Source: the human T2T-CHM13v2.0 reference genome, Homo sapiens
Length of the DNA stretch: 64,000 bases
Strand: one strand, 5' to 3'
Assembly (NCBI RefSeq): GCF_009914755.1
Contig: NC_060933.1
Shown: piece after piece, positions 16,050 to 30,826 of the stretch
How positions within the stretch are numbered: position 1 is the first letter of the stretch
How the letters are laid out: each line of letters opens with the position of its first letter
Translations under genes and position numbers: made by a program
The notes under the pieces: generated by a model
The model's input: only the letters and a program-made list of their open reading frames with translations
The model's database searches: none
What the model was told of the DNA's origin: nothing

Positions 16050-16937
16050 ATGCCAAGTCCCCGGAGGAGCATGGAGGGACGGCCGCTGGGCGTCTCCGCT
16101 TCGAGCAGCAGCAGCAGCCCCGGCAGCCCAGCCCATGGCGGCGGTGGCGGCGGCAGCAGGTTTGAGTTCCAGTCCCTGCTCAGCAGCCGCGCCACGGCCG
16201 TGGACCCCACCTGCGCCCGGCTCCGTGCATCGGAGAGCCCAGTTCACCGCCGCGGCTCCTTCCCCCTGGCCGCGGCGGGCCCCTCGCAGTCGCCCGCGCC
16301 TCCGCTGCCCGAGGAGGACCGCATGGACTTGAACCCGTCCTTCCTGGGCATCGCCCTGCGCTCCCTGCTGGCCATCGACCTGTGGCTGTCCAAGAAGCTG
16401 GGGGTGTGCGCGGGAGAGAGCTCGTCGTGGGGCAGCGTGCGACCCCTTATGAAGCTGCTGGAGATCTCGGGACACGGCATCCCCTGGCTGCTGGGCACCC
16501 TCTACTGCCTGTGCAGGAGCGACAGCTGGGCCGGGCGCGAGGTGCTGATGAACCTGCTCTTCGCCCTGCTGTTGGACCTGCTGCTGGTGGCCTTGATCAA
16601 AGGGCTGGTCCGCAGGCGCCGCCCGGCCCACAACCAGATGGACATGTTTGTCACTCTCTCGGTGGACAAGTACTCCTTCCCCTCGGGCCATGCCACAAGG
16701 GCCGCCCTGATGTCGAGGTTCATCCTGAACCACCTGGTGCTGGCCATTCCACTGAGGGTGCTGGTGGTTCTGTGGGCCTTCGTCTTGGGCCTATCCAGGG
16801 TCATGCTGGGGCGGCACAATGTCACCGACGTAGCTTTTGGCTTTTTTCTGGGCTACATGCAGTACAGCATCGTGGACTATTGCTGGCTCTCACCCCATAA
16901 TGCTCCGGTCCTCTTTTTACTGTGGAGTCAACGATGA
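16050..16937 (+). CDS. PLPP6: Phospholipid phosphatase 6 (PPAPDC2/PDP1, polyisoprenoid diphosphate phosphatase), single exon, 295 aa
   Basis: [12 protein letters not shown]...; PAP2 catalytic motifs KGLVRRRRP (C1), SFPSGH (C2), [12 protein letters not shown] (C3); hydrophobic transmembrane segments; intronless. Confidence 0.97.
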   Translation: MPSPRRSMEGRPLGVSASSSSSSPGSPAHGGGGGGSRFEFQSLLSSRATAVDPTCARLRASESPVHRRGSFPLAAAGPSQSPAPPLPEEDRMDLNPSFLGIALRSLLAIDLWLSKKLGVCAGESSSWGSVRPLMKLLEISGHGIPWLLGTLYCLCRSDSWAGREVLMNLLFALLLDLLLVALIKGLVRRRRPAHNQMDMFVTLSVDKYSFPSGHATRAALMSRFILNHLVLAIPLRVLVVLWAFVLGLSRVMLGRHNVTDVAFGFFLGYMQYSIVDYCWLSPHNAPVLFLLWSQR

Positions 16938-18935
16938 CACCATCTCATTGATTATGGCACCAGGAAGTCTGAAGGTTTCCACATTCGATGATGTCAACCT
17001 AAACCAGCAGCCATCCCGCTTGTCCCTCTTAGGCATTTCAGGCTTCCTTTGGGATTTCAGGTGTCCCATGATCTTGATGTGCTGCTAGGCTGGAGCACAC
17101 ACTGGCCATTACTGAACACAGCCATATTAGGGAAAGCAAAAAAACCCAAAAAATCCTCTATTGTATATTTATTCAACAACTGTTTATGTTTCCAGGACAA
17201 CTGCAAAGAAAACAAGCTGAGGTGGTTATACTGTTGCTGTTAAAAGTTGGTATCAGTAAGATTTGTGTTTTGTGATAATCCCTAAATCAACATACCACTT
17301 GTAAACTGAACTTCGAGAAAGAAACATGATGTTCATTCTGTAAATATACATGCAGACAGGTCATGTACTAATCCTAGTCCTTTTCCTGAGGTAGATTTTA
17401 AACAGTATTTTTAAAGTCCAAGACATAGGTTTTTCTAGTTTATTCCCTGAAGATCTGTTGCCACAGTTGGGAGATTTCTTCTTAATCCTGATTTTCTTGG
17501 TAAGCTTTTTTACTTTATTATCTCTATAATTTATTATCTCTATCCATATTTGTGGATCGGGTAGTGGGAAAAGAGATTATAATACTTGTCTTTCTCTCCT
17601 CTCCCTCCATCCCTCAAAAGATCTTTATGCATTTCCCACTACTCCCTTACTGTCTTTTAGCATTCAGAGAAAAAGCCAACTTGCTTAAAGAGGAATCACT
17701 TAAAAGGTAGGCATATCTAAGATGCTCATAGAAGAGGAAGAATGGGACATGGCCCCATGCTTATTTTTGTTTACAACGTAACATGGCATGAGAGAGGGCA
17801 GAGAAACTAAGTTGCTGGGGAAAGTTAGAGGAACTGAAAGTTTGGGAATAGGCTGACCACATATTATGCCAGTGACCAGTATGACAGGAGATGGGGCCCT
17901 GCTGCCAGTCATCTCCACTGAATAAAGAATAATGCTCCTCTTTCAGGGTAATAAAGTGGGGAAAAGGAACGTCTTCTCAATGCAAGAACATAAGCTTTCT
18001 CGTATATACCTGTATGCTACAGTTTTTCACATGGAATTCCGTTTTCTGAGGTACAGCACATTTTAGGTAACAGTATTTAACTTGAAATTCATCATGGGAG
18101 TCTGCTGCTATACCAGGCACAAGATAAAACTCCAAAATTTCTGTTTACATTGACCTTTACATTTAAAGCTGTTCATCCATGGTGCCTCCCCAAATCATAA
18201 GACCAAAGACCACCAAACGCAGGGTGGACTCTGCTCATTATTCTTTGACCCAGAAAGACTGGAGAAGGTATGTGCTTTAAGTGCTGCTCTACCTGAAAAG
18301 AAATCCTTTAAATTACCTATGGAAGTGATGTCCTCAGATAATCTTAATGACTATTTTGGCATTTATAAATAGAAATGATTATGGACTTTGATCTGCCATA
18401 CGGAGGTTCGGAACCTGGAGAACGGCTGTGATAAGTAGGTTTTGATTGAGTGAAAGCATGAGCTTGTTCAGAGTGAGGGGCATAGTGAAAAAGGAACAGC
18501 CATGCCTCAAAATCAAATCATTTGCATTCCCACAGCATCCTGAATACCGACTACCTCTTCACTTGCTAAAGCAGCTAAACTGTGAAGCTCTAAGTGGTTT
18601 GGGTTTGTTGTTTAACCTTAGCGAGATCCTTTAACTGCAGCAATATTCAAGCCAGATATTTGGAAGCAAATGATATTTCCTCTTGCAGTGTCCACAAATC
18701 TGAATATTAGGGGCATGAAATTAGGCTTACCATCTGATTTGTAATTACAATTTTGGAATTCTCTGTTTTAGTTGCTGAGGCCTGAGTTTTCTGGCTCTTA
18801 AAGCATAGATCATTTCACCTGATGTTTTTGAAGCATCCTAAGTACAGTAGAGTAGAAAACTGATTTCTTTGTTAATTGTACACTGAATAATGCCTTTTAA
18901 AAATCAAAATAAAATTAACAAATAATGGTGAATGA
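16938..18935 (+). other. PLPP6: PLPP6 3' UTR with AATAAA at 17921, 17950 and 18908
   Basis: Repeat-free sequence after the stop; hexamers read directly; distal end inferred. Confidence 0.7.
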
Positions 18936-19885
18936 AGTGAGATGAAAACTTGCTTAATTTTTGCCTTGATGAGGAGGGAGACAGATTTATCACTTAGCTT
19001 CTCAAGAGTTCCTTCTTCCTGCACAATTTTTAGAGCTTAAAACTGGTATAGCACTACTAATAAGGTCTAGCCCTATTTGCTGTCAGCAAAGTGGGACAAA
19101 TCCAGGAAATGTTGATCACCTTTCACACCCACATGTATGATGAAACCACACCATTTGCCAATTGTATGGAAGACAACCAGATTCCATGACAATTTCCTGT
19201 TAGCACTGTGCTTGTAATCATAGCCAGTAGAAAAGCCCCTAGAGGAAAAGCGGCATGATATTCTGTTACTAACTACATGGAAGGATTGGAAAATGGAAAC
19301 TGAAATAAGAGGGAGTGACAGACCCCCAAGTAGAAACCATGGAGTCACTCTGCCACAGCACTTCACTTAGGAAGGATTTGGTAATTACGAAATAGTGATT
19401 GATTGATTTCCCTTTTGGAATTAGCAAGCCAGAGCTATCACTAAGGGGAAATATCATAGAAAATATCTGATTGGTTCATAGAGTTGGCAAATAATCAGGA
19501 AGTGATGGAGCTTTTTAAAATTATTCCCTGGTTATTTAAAGAAGTTGAAAATCCTTTCACAAATCTTTATCCAGGAGAAGAAAATAAATTCTACCTGGAC
19601 TTAATGCAGGGTTGTTTGAAAAGAAATTAAAAATTCATGATAAAGATAAGAAACATGTTAGCTTTAGAACAGAAAAAAAAAAAAGTGGGAACAGGTGGAG
19701 CTGAATTAAAGGTTAGGAAGTCAGGGAAAACCAATATGGAGAAAAAGACAAAGGTGCGATCTGTCCCAGAAGATAATGATGTGTTTGTGGTAAGTGGGGG
19801 ATGTGGGGGAGGGTTGTTGAAAACCACCTGAGACTATTTAGAGTCCGACTTGAGGTTAAGGAGGGGGAGTTCATCGATCTCTTAC

Positions 19886-19924
19886 CGCCCGGATCTGCAG
19901 CTCCACCACCACCTCCAGAGGCAT
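19886..19924 (-). CDS. SPATA6L: SPATA6L coding exon 1 (MPLEVVVELQIRA)
   Basis: acgATGcctctggag...cgggcg|GTAAGA; 39 nt, joins exon 2 in frame. Confidence 0.92.
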
Positions 19925-20300
19925 CGTTCCCTGCGTGGGCGAAAGGACTGGAATGAGAAGATCCTTTTGTGCCGAGCCTTGGACCAATTTTTCTTAGTTT
20001 AGCTGAATACCTAGAGCAAATGTTCCCAGAAGCTTCCCCAGTCCCACGCCCTTGTTCCCCTACCGTCCCCCCCAGCCCAGGTCCCTCCCACCGGGACGGG
20101 TCTCTCACACTCGAAGCTGGAGTGCAGGCTTCCAGAAGGCGGAAGCGTGGCGTTGCCAGGGACACTCAAACGCGCAGTCTTCATCGTGGAACGCGCGCGA
20201 GGCCCCAGCGCAGACGCGCGCCCTCACGGTCGCTGTTGCCCACGCAGTGCCCCCAGCCGGAGAGACTGGCCCTGTCTGGCGTGCTAGACGGATAGAGAAA
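19925..20300 (-). promoter_or_regulatory. SPATA6L: SPATA6L 5' UTR and CpG-rich promoter
   Basis: CpG cluster, ETS-like GCGGAAG near 20139, X-box-like GTTGCCAGGGACAC at 20152-20165. Confidence 0.7.
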
Positions 20301-21324
20301 TGCTAACAATCCCGATCTTCTTTCCATCAGCTCCTGCTATCCCCAATTACCATGTCAGAATGTTTACCGTTTTCATTCTGAAAGTAGAATGAGATCATAG
20401 GTCTGTTATAATTTAAATAGTACACGTTTAGTAGCTGCACGACCCCAAGCCTTGTAGTTTCTGTAACAATTCTCATTTAATATAGTTGCCTGTTCCTAAA
20501 AATACTCTTTTGCTTATTAAATGTTATGTTTGCTTCGGAAAACATGGCCACCGTCAATAACAAACGTGTGCTAATTAGAAATATAAGGTTAATTCTTAAA
20601 CATATTTAAAAGTTAGGTATCCCCTGTTAGCAGCAATAGAAATATGTCAGTCTTTCCATAACGGTGTCCAGCCTTTTCTGGGGTTTAGTTTAAGGCAAGC
20701 ATTGAGTAGTCCAATGGGTAGTTATTGCATTTGCCAAAACCACAGTTACTGTAAACACTGTCAGAGGTGGTGCGCAGAGCAAGAGTTCTGAATGAGTAGG
20801 GGACATTCACTACATCTAATAGAGAAAAATGAAGGAAAGGAGCAGGTAGTGGCTCCTTCTAGCAATCCAAAAAATCTAGGAAGGCCAATGCTGCCTCTGA
20901 AAAAAAAATTTTAAATCCTAAATTATGTTCAGTCATTTATTACTAATATTTTGCATTAGAGAGTTATACAATTGGAAATAGTGCAGAAGGATGGTCAAGA
21001 CAAGATTGGGTATTCATTTTGGTAACTGGAGTTTATTTCCCTGGAAGGGAAAAACTTGGTATGATGAAGAAGGGCATATTGTATCCTTATCCAGTTCCTA
21101 GTGCTGTGTCTCTCTGCATATCAAGAGATACAGGTGGGCACCTAACTATCTATAGTGTCCAGATCATTGATTTGTCACTCACAACTTGCTGACACCCAGA
21201 GTGATGTGGGACAGGACCTGTGATGATCCTAACAGGTAGGTCACCAACACCAATGCTAAGAAATCAAGGAGAGTGACAAGCAAAACAAATTAATAAATAG
21301 CCAGAGTTGTATTGGGAGAGAAGA

Positions 21325-21510
21325 ATCAGTCTTTACTGAGGATCTGCAAAGTGCTAGGCACATTGCGTATGCTAATTCATCTCAACCCTACAATAACTCT
21401 ATCAGGGAGATATTATCCCTATTTTACAGATGCAGAATCTGAAGCTAGACAGCCTTTTACTAAAAGCCACAGACCTAATAAGGGAGCAGCCACATTTGAA
21501 TCCAGGTGTG
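21325..21510. mobile_element. MIR remnant
   Basis: MIR core-like tattatccctattttacagatgcagaatctgaagct. Confidence 0.6.
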
Positions 21511-22781
21511 CCCTACCACATCACTGGGTCTGCAATATAGACATCCTGTTGATCTCTAGAGACACAATGTTCCATTCTATGCTCTTCTTAGTCTTAACTC
21601 TTGATCTAACTGGACTCTCCTTGCTTGGCTGCTAGGGCACAGCTCTCTTCTGGTTTCCCTCCAACTTTCTGGCTATTCTTTCTTTGTCTGTTTATCCTCC
21701 TCTGGCTAAGCAATGTTTCTAGGTCCTTTCCTTTCCTCACTCTATACCCTTTACTTAGAGTGTCATCCATTGCAGACATTGATTAACACATGTATACAGA
21801 TTTACATACCCCACCAAGACCTCTCTTCTGCTGACAAGGTGGAATCTCAATATCATATCTTATGTCATACATATAAATATATATATCTCCTCTTTGTAGC
21901 GACTGCCATAATAGCAGTTTTACATTTGTTCCTGTGACTCTTGATTACTATTTGTCTCCTTAATCTGTAAACTCTGCATGGCTAAGCGTTTATACCCTAA
22001 ATAGGATAGAAGATAATAAATATTTTTGAATATTAAATGCAGAGATGGTCAAGCCAATCTGTGGGGGTTAATGTACATGGATAAAGAGAGGTCCCATCAC
22101 AATGGGTAAAAGAAATCTGCAGAATTAGAAAGGACCAGGCACAGCTACTTCTGCAAATCTGCTATGGTGATATTAAATGAGTTGATGGGGATACTTCACA
22201 CTCTCCTAATTGTCCCCGCCATGGTTACCTGAGGCTCTCAGCTGCTGTGGAGATGTGGCAGTTGCTATACACACCCAGTCCCTCTCACTCATCTTGCAAA
22301 GTTATTTATCATTGAGGCTGTCCACCTCTGCCGGGGGCCAACAAAGCCTTTTAAGGATTGGACTGTCACCACTTCAAGAGAAAGCCTTTATTACCTGGGT
22401 AGGTACCTCTTGGTGGCAGCAAACAGATTTCAATGAACAACTGCTATTTCCAGAGAGTATCTGCAGTGCAGCTTGGCCAGCAGTGACATCAGCATTGCAG
22501 AAATGATACAGCAGCACATCCCGTTCACATCCTGGCCCCAGACAAGAAAATGAAACATGCCCCAAATGGGGATTTTCCAAAGAGTAAATTAACAAAGAAC
22601 AAGAATATGACAGATAATTATGGCTGAGATTTTTTTTTAACTAAAAAAATTAATTATAAGACAAAAATCATAAATATTTCAAATAATAAGTGTATTCATA
22701 TGAAAGGAAGAAACTATTAAAGAGACAGCACTAGTGGGAAGGGTATGGGAAAACACATTGATGGGAGTGTAAATACATACA

Positions 22782-23560
<779 letters not shown>

Positions 23561-24979
23561 TATAACTTATCTGGAGAGCAATTTGATAATGTCTATCAGA
23601 ATGTTTAATTTGACTCAGCAATTCTGCTAAGAATTTATCCCATGGGTATACTTTCACAAAAACATATGGTGCACAATTATTTCTAGTTGAAAAAATGCTG
23701 GAAACCAACTAAATGTTCATTAGGTAGGATCAGATGAAATCAGTTATGGTTTAGCCATATGATGGAATATTATGCAGCATGGAAAAAGAATGAGGCAGAC
23801 AGAGCTATATATTCTAATAGTAAATAGTCTCTAAAATATAGAGCCAAGAAAAAAAAGGCATAAAAAATGTATACAATGTGCTGCCATTTGGGAGAGAAGG
23901 AGAATATTGTATCTACATATATGCTTAGAATATCCCTGAAAAGATATGCTAGAAGCTGCTATTAATGTAATGTGTGCCTCTGGGGAGGGACCTGGGGTAG
24001 GGAAGCAGAGAGGAAGTTATTTTTCATTGAATATCTATAGGTCCTTAAAAAATATATTTTTGCCAAGTACTTGCATTATTTAATCCAAAAAGGAAACCAC
24101 ATTAAAACAAGTAGAAAATGTAAAATAATAGAAAGGATTGGTCTGGGAATATAGAAAGGAGCAGGAACTGGCTTCTTCAGCTTTTGGAGCTATATCCTAT
24201 ATACTGCATGCCATAAAAATATCCATGCAAGTGTGTTTGCCACTTCCGCTTCCAGTGCAGGGCTTCTTATCCTGTGATTCCTGGCTATCTCAGGGGTCTT
24301 AAACCTCCTGAAATGGTAGGCAGCATTTCCTACATGTGCATATATGCATTTTTCCAGGAAAAGAGTCTGTGGCTTTCATAATCTGAAAGGGGAAATGTTA
24401 GTCAAGTCAGGTTTTACAGCACTGTTCAGTGCATGCTGACTCCTCTTCCTGCCAGCGGTTCCCCATCTACAGCAAAAAGAAAGGCTACCTGGGTTGTCAG
24501 ACAAGGCGGCAGGTAAGAAAAGAGGGCCTGTTCTCTCCGTCACACCCACACTCCCTTATTAGAGCAAAAGGACAGCTGTATTTCATAATAAGTGATTAAA
24601 AAAAGACCCTCAAAGTCCTGTTGTAAGCCATTTGTTTATATCTGGACTCAACAGACTTCATTTGTCAGGCCCTCCAATCTTTTGAGCAGTGAATTATTCA
24701 TTAGCAAGTATGAATAACACCAGCAGATTGAGTTTCCAAAGTGAGTTAGTCATTTGCATTTGTAAGAAATGCCTGAAAAGGAAGAAACACAAAAACGAAA
24801 AAACACCCAAGAACATGAAATGATCTGGATTATTTCAGTAGTAGTGCATTTCCAGGTCAATGATTTTTTATTTCTTTTAAAGCATGGGCCCAGTCTCAAG
24901 ACCCAAGAAATAATTGTCTTATATTTGGCCTTCTCCAAAGTCTTTCTCTAAAATGTTCTGTAATAGTTTAGTTTTCTCA

Positions 24980-25527
<548 letters not shown>

Positions 25528-25759
25528 TTAGCAGAATCTGGCTGTCACCATATGAACTCACTGATCAATTCCAGCCCCACTCTGCATCATTATAGGTACA
25601 TTATATGCTTCCCTATATGATTCATAGGAAGTACCTATGAAGCACATTTACCAAGAAAGTTGTAGTTGAATCTAATCAACTACACTGAGTGTTGCACTGT
25701 CTGATGATAAAAATATGGTAGCCATTTATAGCTATCTAACTGAACTAAAACTAAATACA

Positions 25760-26064
25760 TTTATTTATTTATTTATTTAGAGATGGAGTCTCGCTCTTGT
25801 CACCCAGGCTGGGGTGCAGTGGCACAATCTTGGCTGACTGCAACCTCTGCCTACTGGGTTCAAGCAATTCTCCTGCCTCAGTCTCCTGAGTAGCTGGGTT
25901 TACAGGCATCCGCCGCCACACCCAGCTAATTTTTTGTGTTTTTAGTAGAGATGGGGTGTTGCCATGTTGGCCAGGCTGGTCTCGAACTTCTGACCTCAGG
26001 TGATCCGCCCGCCTCAGCCTCCCAAAGTGCTAGGATTACAGGTGTGAGCCACCGTGCCCGGCCA
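25760..26064 (-). mobile_element. Alu inserted into a MER3-like hAT relic
   Basis: TSD aactaaatacattta; flanks resemble MER3. Confidence 0.88.
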
Positions 26065-26314
26065 ACTAAATACATTTAAAATCCAGTTCCTCATTGCATT
26101 AGTCACATTTAAAGCACACATACCCATATGTTGCCAGTGGCTACTGGTATTAGGTAATGCAGGCAGAATATTTTTATCATCACAGAAAGTTCTAATGGGC
26201 AGCATTGCTCTAGAGTTAACTTCACTTAAAGGAAATATGGAGGATAGAAAAACATGTTAATGACAACAAAAGGAAGCAGGCAGACATATTTATAACAGAA
26301 CATGGGACATTCCA

Positions 26315-26815
<501 letters not shown>

Positions 26816-26996
26816 CTAACCCAGTTAATCTGCAATAAGTCAATGGCATTTAAAAAAAAAAAAAAAAAGGAAGAGGTGAGGGAACTGATTTAGATTAAAA
26901 GATACTTAAGAGACCTCACAACCAAATGGAATATGTGGACTTTGTTGGGACATTAATTCAAACAAACCAAATGCAATATTTGAGACTATCAGGGAA

Positions 26997-27299
<303 letters not shown>

Positions 27300-27627
27300 T
27301 ATCAGGGAAATTTGTTTATGGTTTGGACATTAGATAACACCAAGCAATTAATTTTTATATACATGATAAATGGGCATTATATATATATGATAATGCCCTT
27401 GTGTTTATGTAAGGCAAATATTAACATTGTTTAGAGACATATATTAAGGTATGCAGTGGTAAAATGATTTAATGTCTAAGATTTTGCTTTTAAGTATTCC
27501 AGTCAATGAATAAAAGGAATAGATAAAGCAAATGTTGTAAAATCTTGATAATTATTGACTGTGGGTGATGGATGAATGGGGTTTCTGTAATTTTATTCTT
27601 TTTTGTGTTAAAAAGATACTCACAATA

Positions 27628-27916
27628 GGCTGGGCATGGTGGCTGACACCTGTAATCCCAGTGCTTTGTGAGGCAGAGGCCAGAGGATTGCTTGAGGTCA
27701 GGAGTTCAAGACCAGCCTGGACAACATAGAGAGAACCCATGTCTACATTAAAAAAAAATTAGGTGGGCATAGCAGCATGCACTCGTAGTCCTAGCTACTC
27801 AGGAGGCTGAGGTGGGAGGATCCCTTGAGCCCAGATGTTGGAAGCTGCAGTGTGCTATCATCTTGCTACTGCACTCCAGCCTGTGTGACAGAGCACAATC
27901 TTGCTCTTAAAAAAAA
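27628..27916 (+). mobile_element. Alu (AluJ-like)
   Basis: Diverged dimer. Confidence 0.88.
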
Positions 27917-28091
27917 TCATAATAACAATTTAAAAAAACCTTTAACATATAAAATTCCCTTCAATATAAGTCTTACACATACTGAAAGAGAAAATGTAAT
28001 GGATCTATTCACCTCAAATGCAGATGAGATGAGAAAATTATTGTGGTGTGTAATAATGCTTTACAAGTAATTCAGAGGGACATCCACTTAA

Positions 28092-28416
<325 letters not shown>

Positions 28417-28959
28417 AGCGCTGTATTATAATAGTGATCTCTGCATGAATATCCAAAACAGGAGCTGGCAATTTGAGTATTTCTTTACATATACACACTT
28501 CTCAAGAATTTTCCAGGAATCTTCCAAGGAAGGAATCAAATTGCAATTGCACAGCTTTTAACAATCTTGAAGTCATTTGGGATGTGGACCCACACATGGG
28601 TTCTGTTTCACCCAACTTTATTAGAGTTTATGAGTCAGACTCATGTTTCTCTTTGGCTTGTGCTTTCATTTACTGGCATTTGTAGGCTCAATGCTTACAT
28701 AATGATGCAACACAAGTCCTTCCACAAGGGCTGCCCTTGGGCTTTTTGGACTACATAGTCTTTCCATTTAAAAGTAATTTCTACTCAGAAAAAAACCTAA
28801 TTTGCTCCTTTGAGTTTCAGCTGGCTAGCTCTATGTCCATGGGAGTAATAGGCAAATTATGACCCAAAGCAATTTCCAAGGAATTTTATTTATTATCCAA
28901 AATAAGAAAGTAGAAGTGTATGATTAAGTTCCAAGACTTGTTTAAAAAGTGTCTACTGG

Positions 28960-29082
28960 AGCTGGGCGTGGTGGTACATGCCTGTAATCCCAGCCACTTG
29001 AGAGGCCGAAGCAGGAGGATCTCTTGAGCCCAGGAGTTTGAGACCGACCTAGGTAACATAGCAAGAACTGTTTCCAAAAATA
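28960..29082 (+). mobile_element. FLAM/Alu monomer
   Basis: Single arm. Confidence 0.8.
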
Positions 29083-29748
29083 AGTGTTTACTATGCCAGG
29101 GCACAGGATTCAGATCCTGAAGTCAGCAATGGCTCAAGATGAGGCTACTTCTGATATCATTATATCCACTCCTTATCTCCTACCAAAATATACTTCTTTC
29201 TATTCCTTTTTCACCACCTTCTGCCTTTATTTAACCTTTTCTTTTATCCTTGTTTCCATTCATTCATTCTCTATCCATTTATTCAGCCCACATTTATTGA
29301 GTGTCTACTGTAAGCCAGGTATTGTTCTGAGCCATGTAAGTACAAGAGTGAATAAGAAACAATCTGTGCTCTCATGGAGCTTACATTCTATTGGGGTAAG
29401 AAACATAATAACTAAGTGAACATAAAATAATAGTATGATGAATAGTAGAAAGGAAATATACAAGGTGGTAAAATAGAACAGGTTGAAGAAGAAACGAGAA
29501 CTTCATTTAGACTCACTGGCCAGATTGGCCTAAGAGTATGAGATTTGGTCTAAGATCTAAGAAGAAAAGCATGACCACTAGCAAGCCTTTCAAAGTAAGA
29601 GAAAAGGCAAAGGGAATAGCAACTCGAAAGGGCCATGAGTTAGGAAAGGAACTGCCATGTTTGAGGAACTGAAAGGAGTCCAAGAGAGATTTTGGGGTGG
29701 GAGAGGGCAAGGAAGGTGTTAGGGAGAGGGTTTAAGAAACGACATTCA

Positions 29749-30073
<325 letters not shown>

Positions 30074-30489
30074 TTAGGGTGCCACTAGGTTTCACAGGAA
30101 CTTTATCAATTATGGCAGAGAATGTGATTGCCTACCTTACTGCCACAAACTCTTCCTCCTTGCTAACAGAACTCCAGTTTTGTTTAGGTAGCAATGCATC
30201 CAGCTCCAGACAACAAATCATAATTTATGTAAGCCAGTTCTGGCCAATAAGATATAAGGATTTCACTAGAAGGTTTCGAGAAATATCTTTATTCTTCATA
30301 TGAGAGCCACAAGTGAATAAAGCTGTTTTGCCTCCTTCTCTGTCTTCCTGCTTTAGCTTCTGCCATATTTTGATGTGATGTCCAGAGCTGTAGCAGCCAT
30401 CCTGCAACCATGATGTAAGAAGCCTGAAGATGAAAGTAAACAGATTTAGGATGCTGGGGAGGAGGGATAGGGATTGAAAGAACCTGAAT

Positions 30490-30826
30490 CTTCCTTTCCT
30501 TTTCCTTTCCTTCCCTTCCCTTCCCCTCCCCTCCCCTCCCCTCCTTTTCCTTTCCCTTCCTTTCCTTTCTTTCTTTTGCGACACAGTCTCGCTCTGTCAC
30601 CCAGGTGGAGTACAATGCTGTGATCTCAGCTCACTGCAACCTCCACCTCCCGGGTAGCTGGGATTACAGGCATGCACCACCAGGTCTGCCTAATTTTTGT
30701 ATTTTCAGTAGAGACGGGGTTTTGCCATGTTGGCCAGGCTAGTCTCGAACTCCTGGCCTCAAGTGATCCACCCGCCTTGGCCTCACAAAGTGCTGGGATT
30801 ACAGGTGTAGGCTACCACGCCTGGCC
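30490..30826 (-). mobile_element. Alu whose tail has become a polypyrimidine (CCTTT/CCCCT) tract, inside an MLT1-like relic
   Basis: TSD gaacctgaat; internal deletion. Confidence 0.88.

Noticed and set aside
15834-16733. 299-aa antisense ORF over PLPP6
   Set aside because: GTG start, no recognisable domain; expected mirror of a GC-rich coding sequence; lies in a SPATA6L intron
16135-16900. Alternative-frame ORFs inside PLPP6 (65 aa and 172 aa)
   Set aside because: Low-complexity or GTG-initiated, downstream of two in-frame AUGs, and explained by GC content
19713-20306. Overlapping 84-150 aa ORFs at the SPATA6L promoter
   Set aside because: CpG-island stop-codon depletion; the real exon is the 39-nt MPLEVVVELQIRA frame
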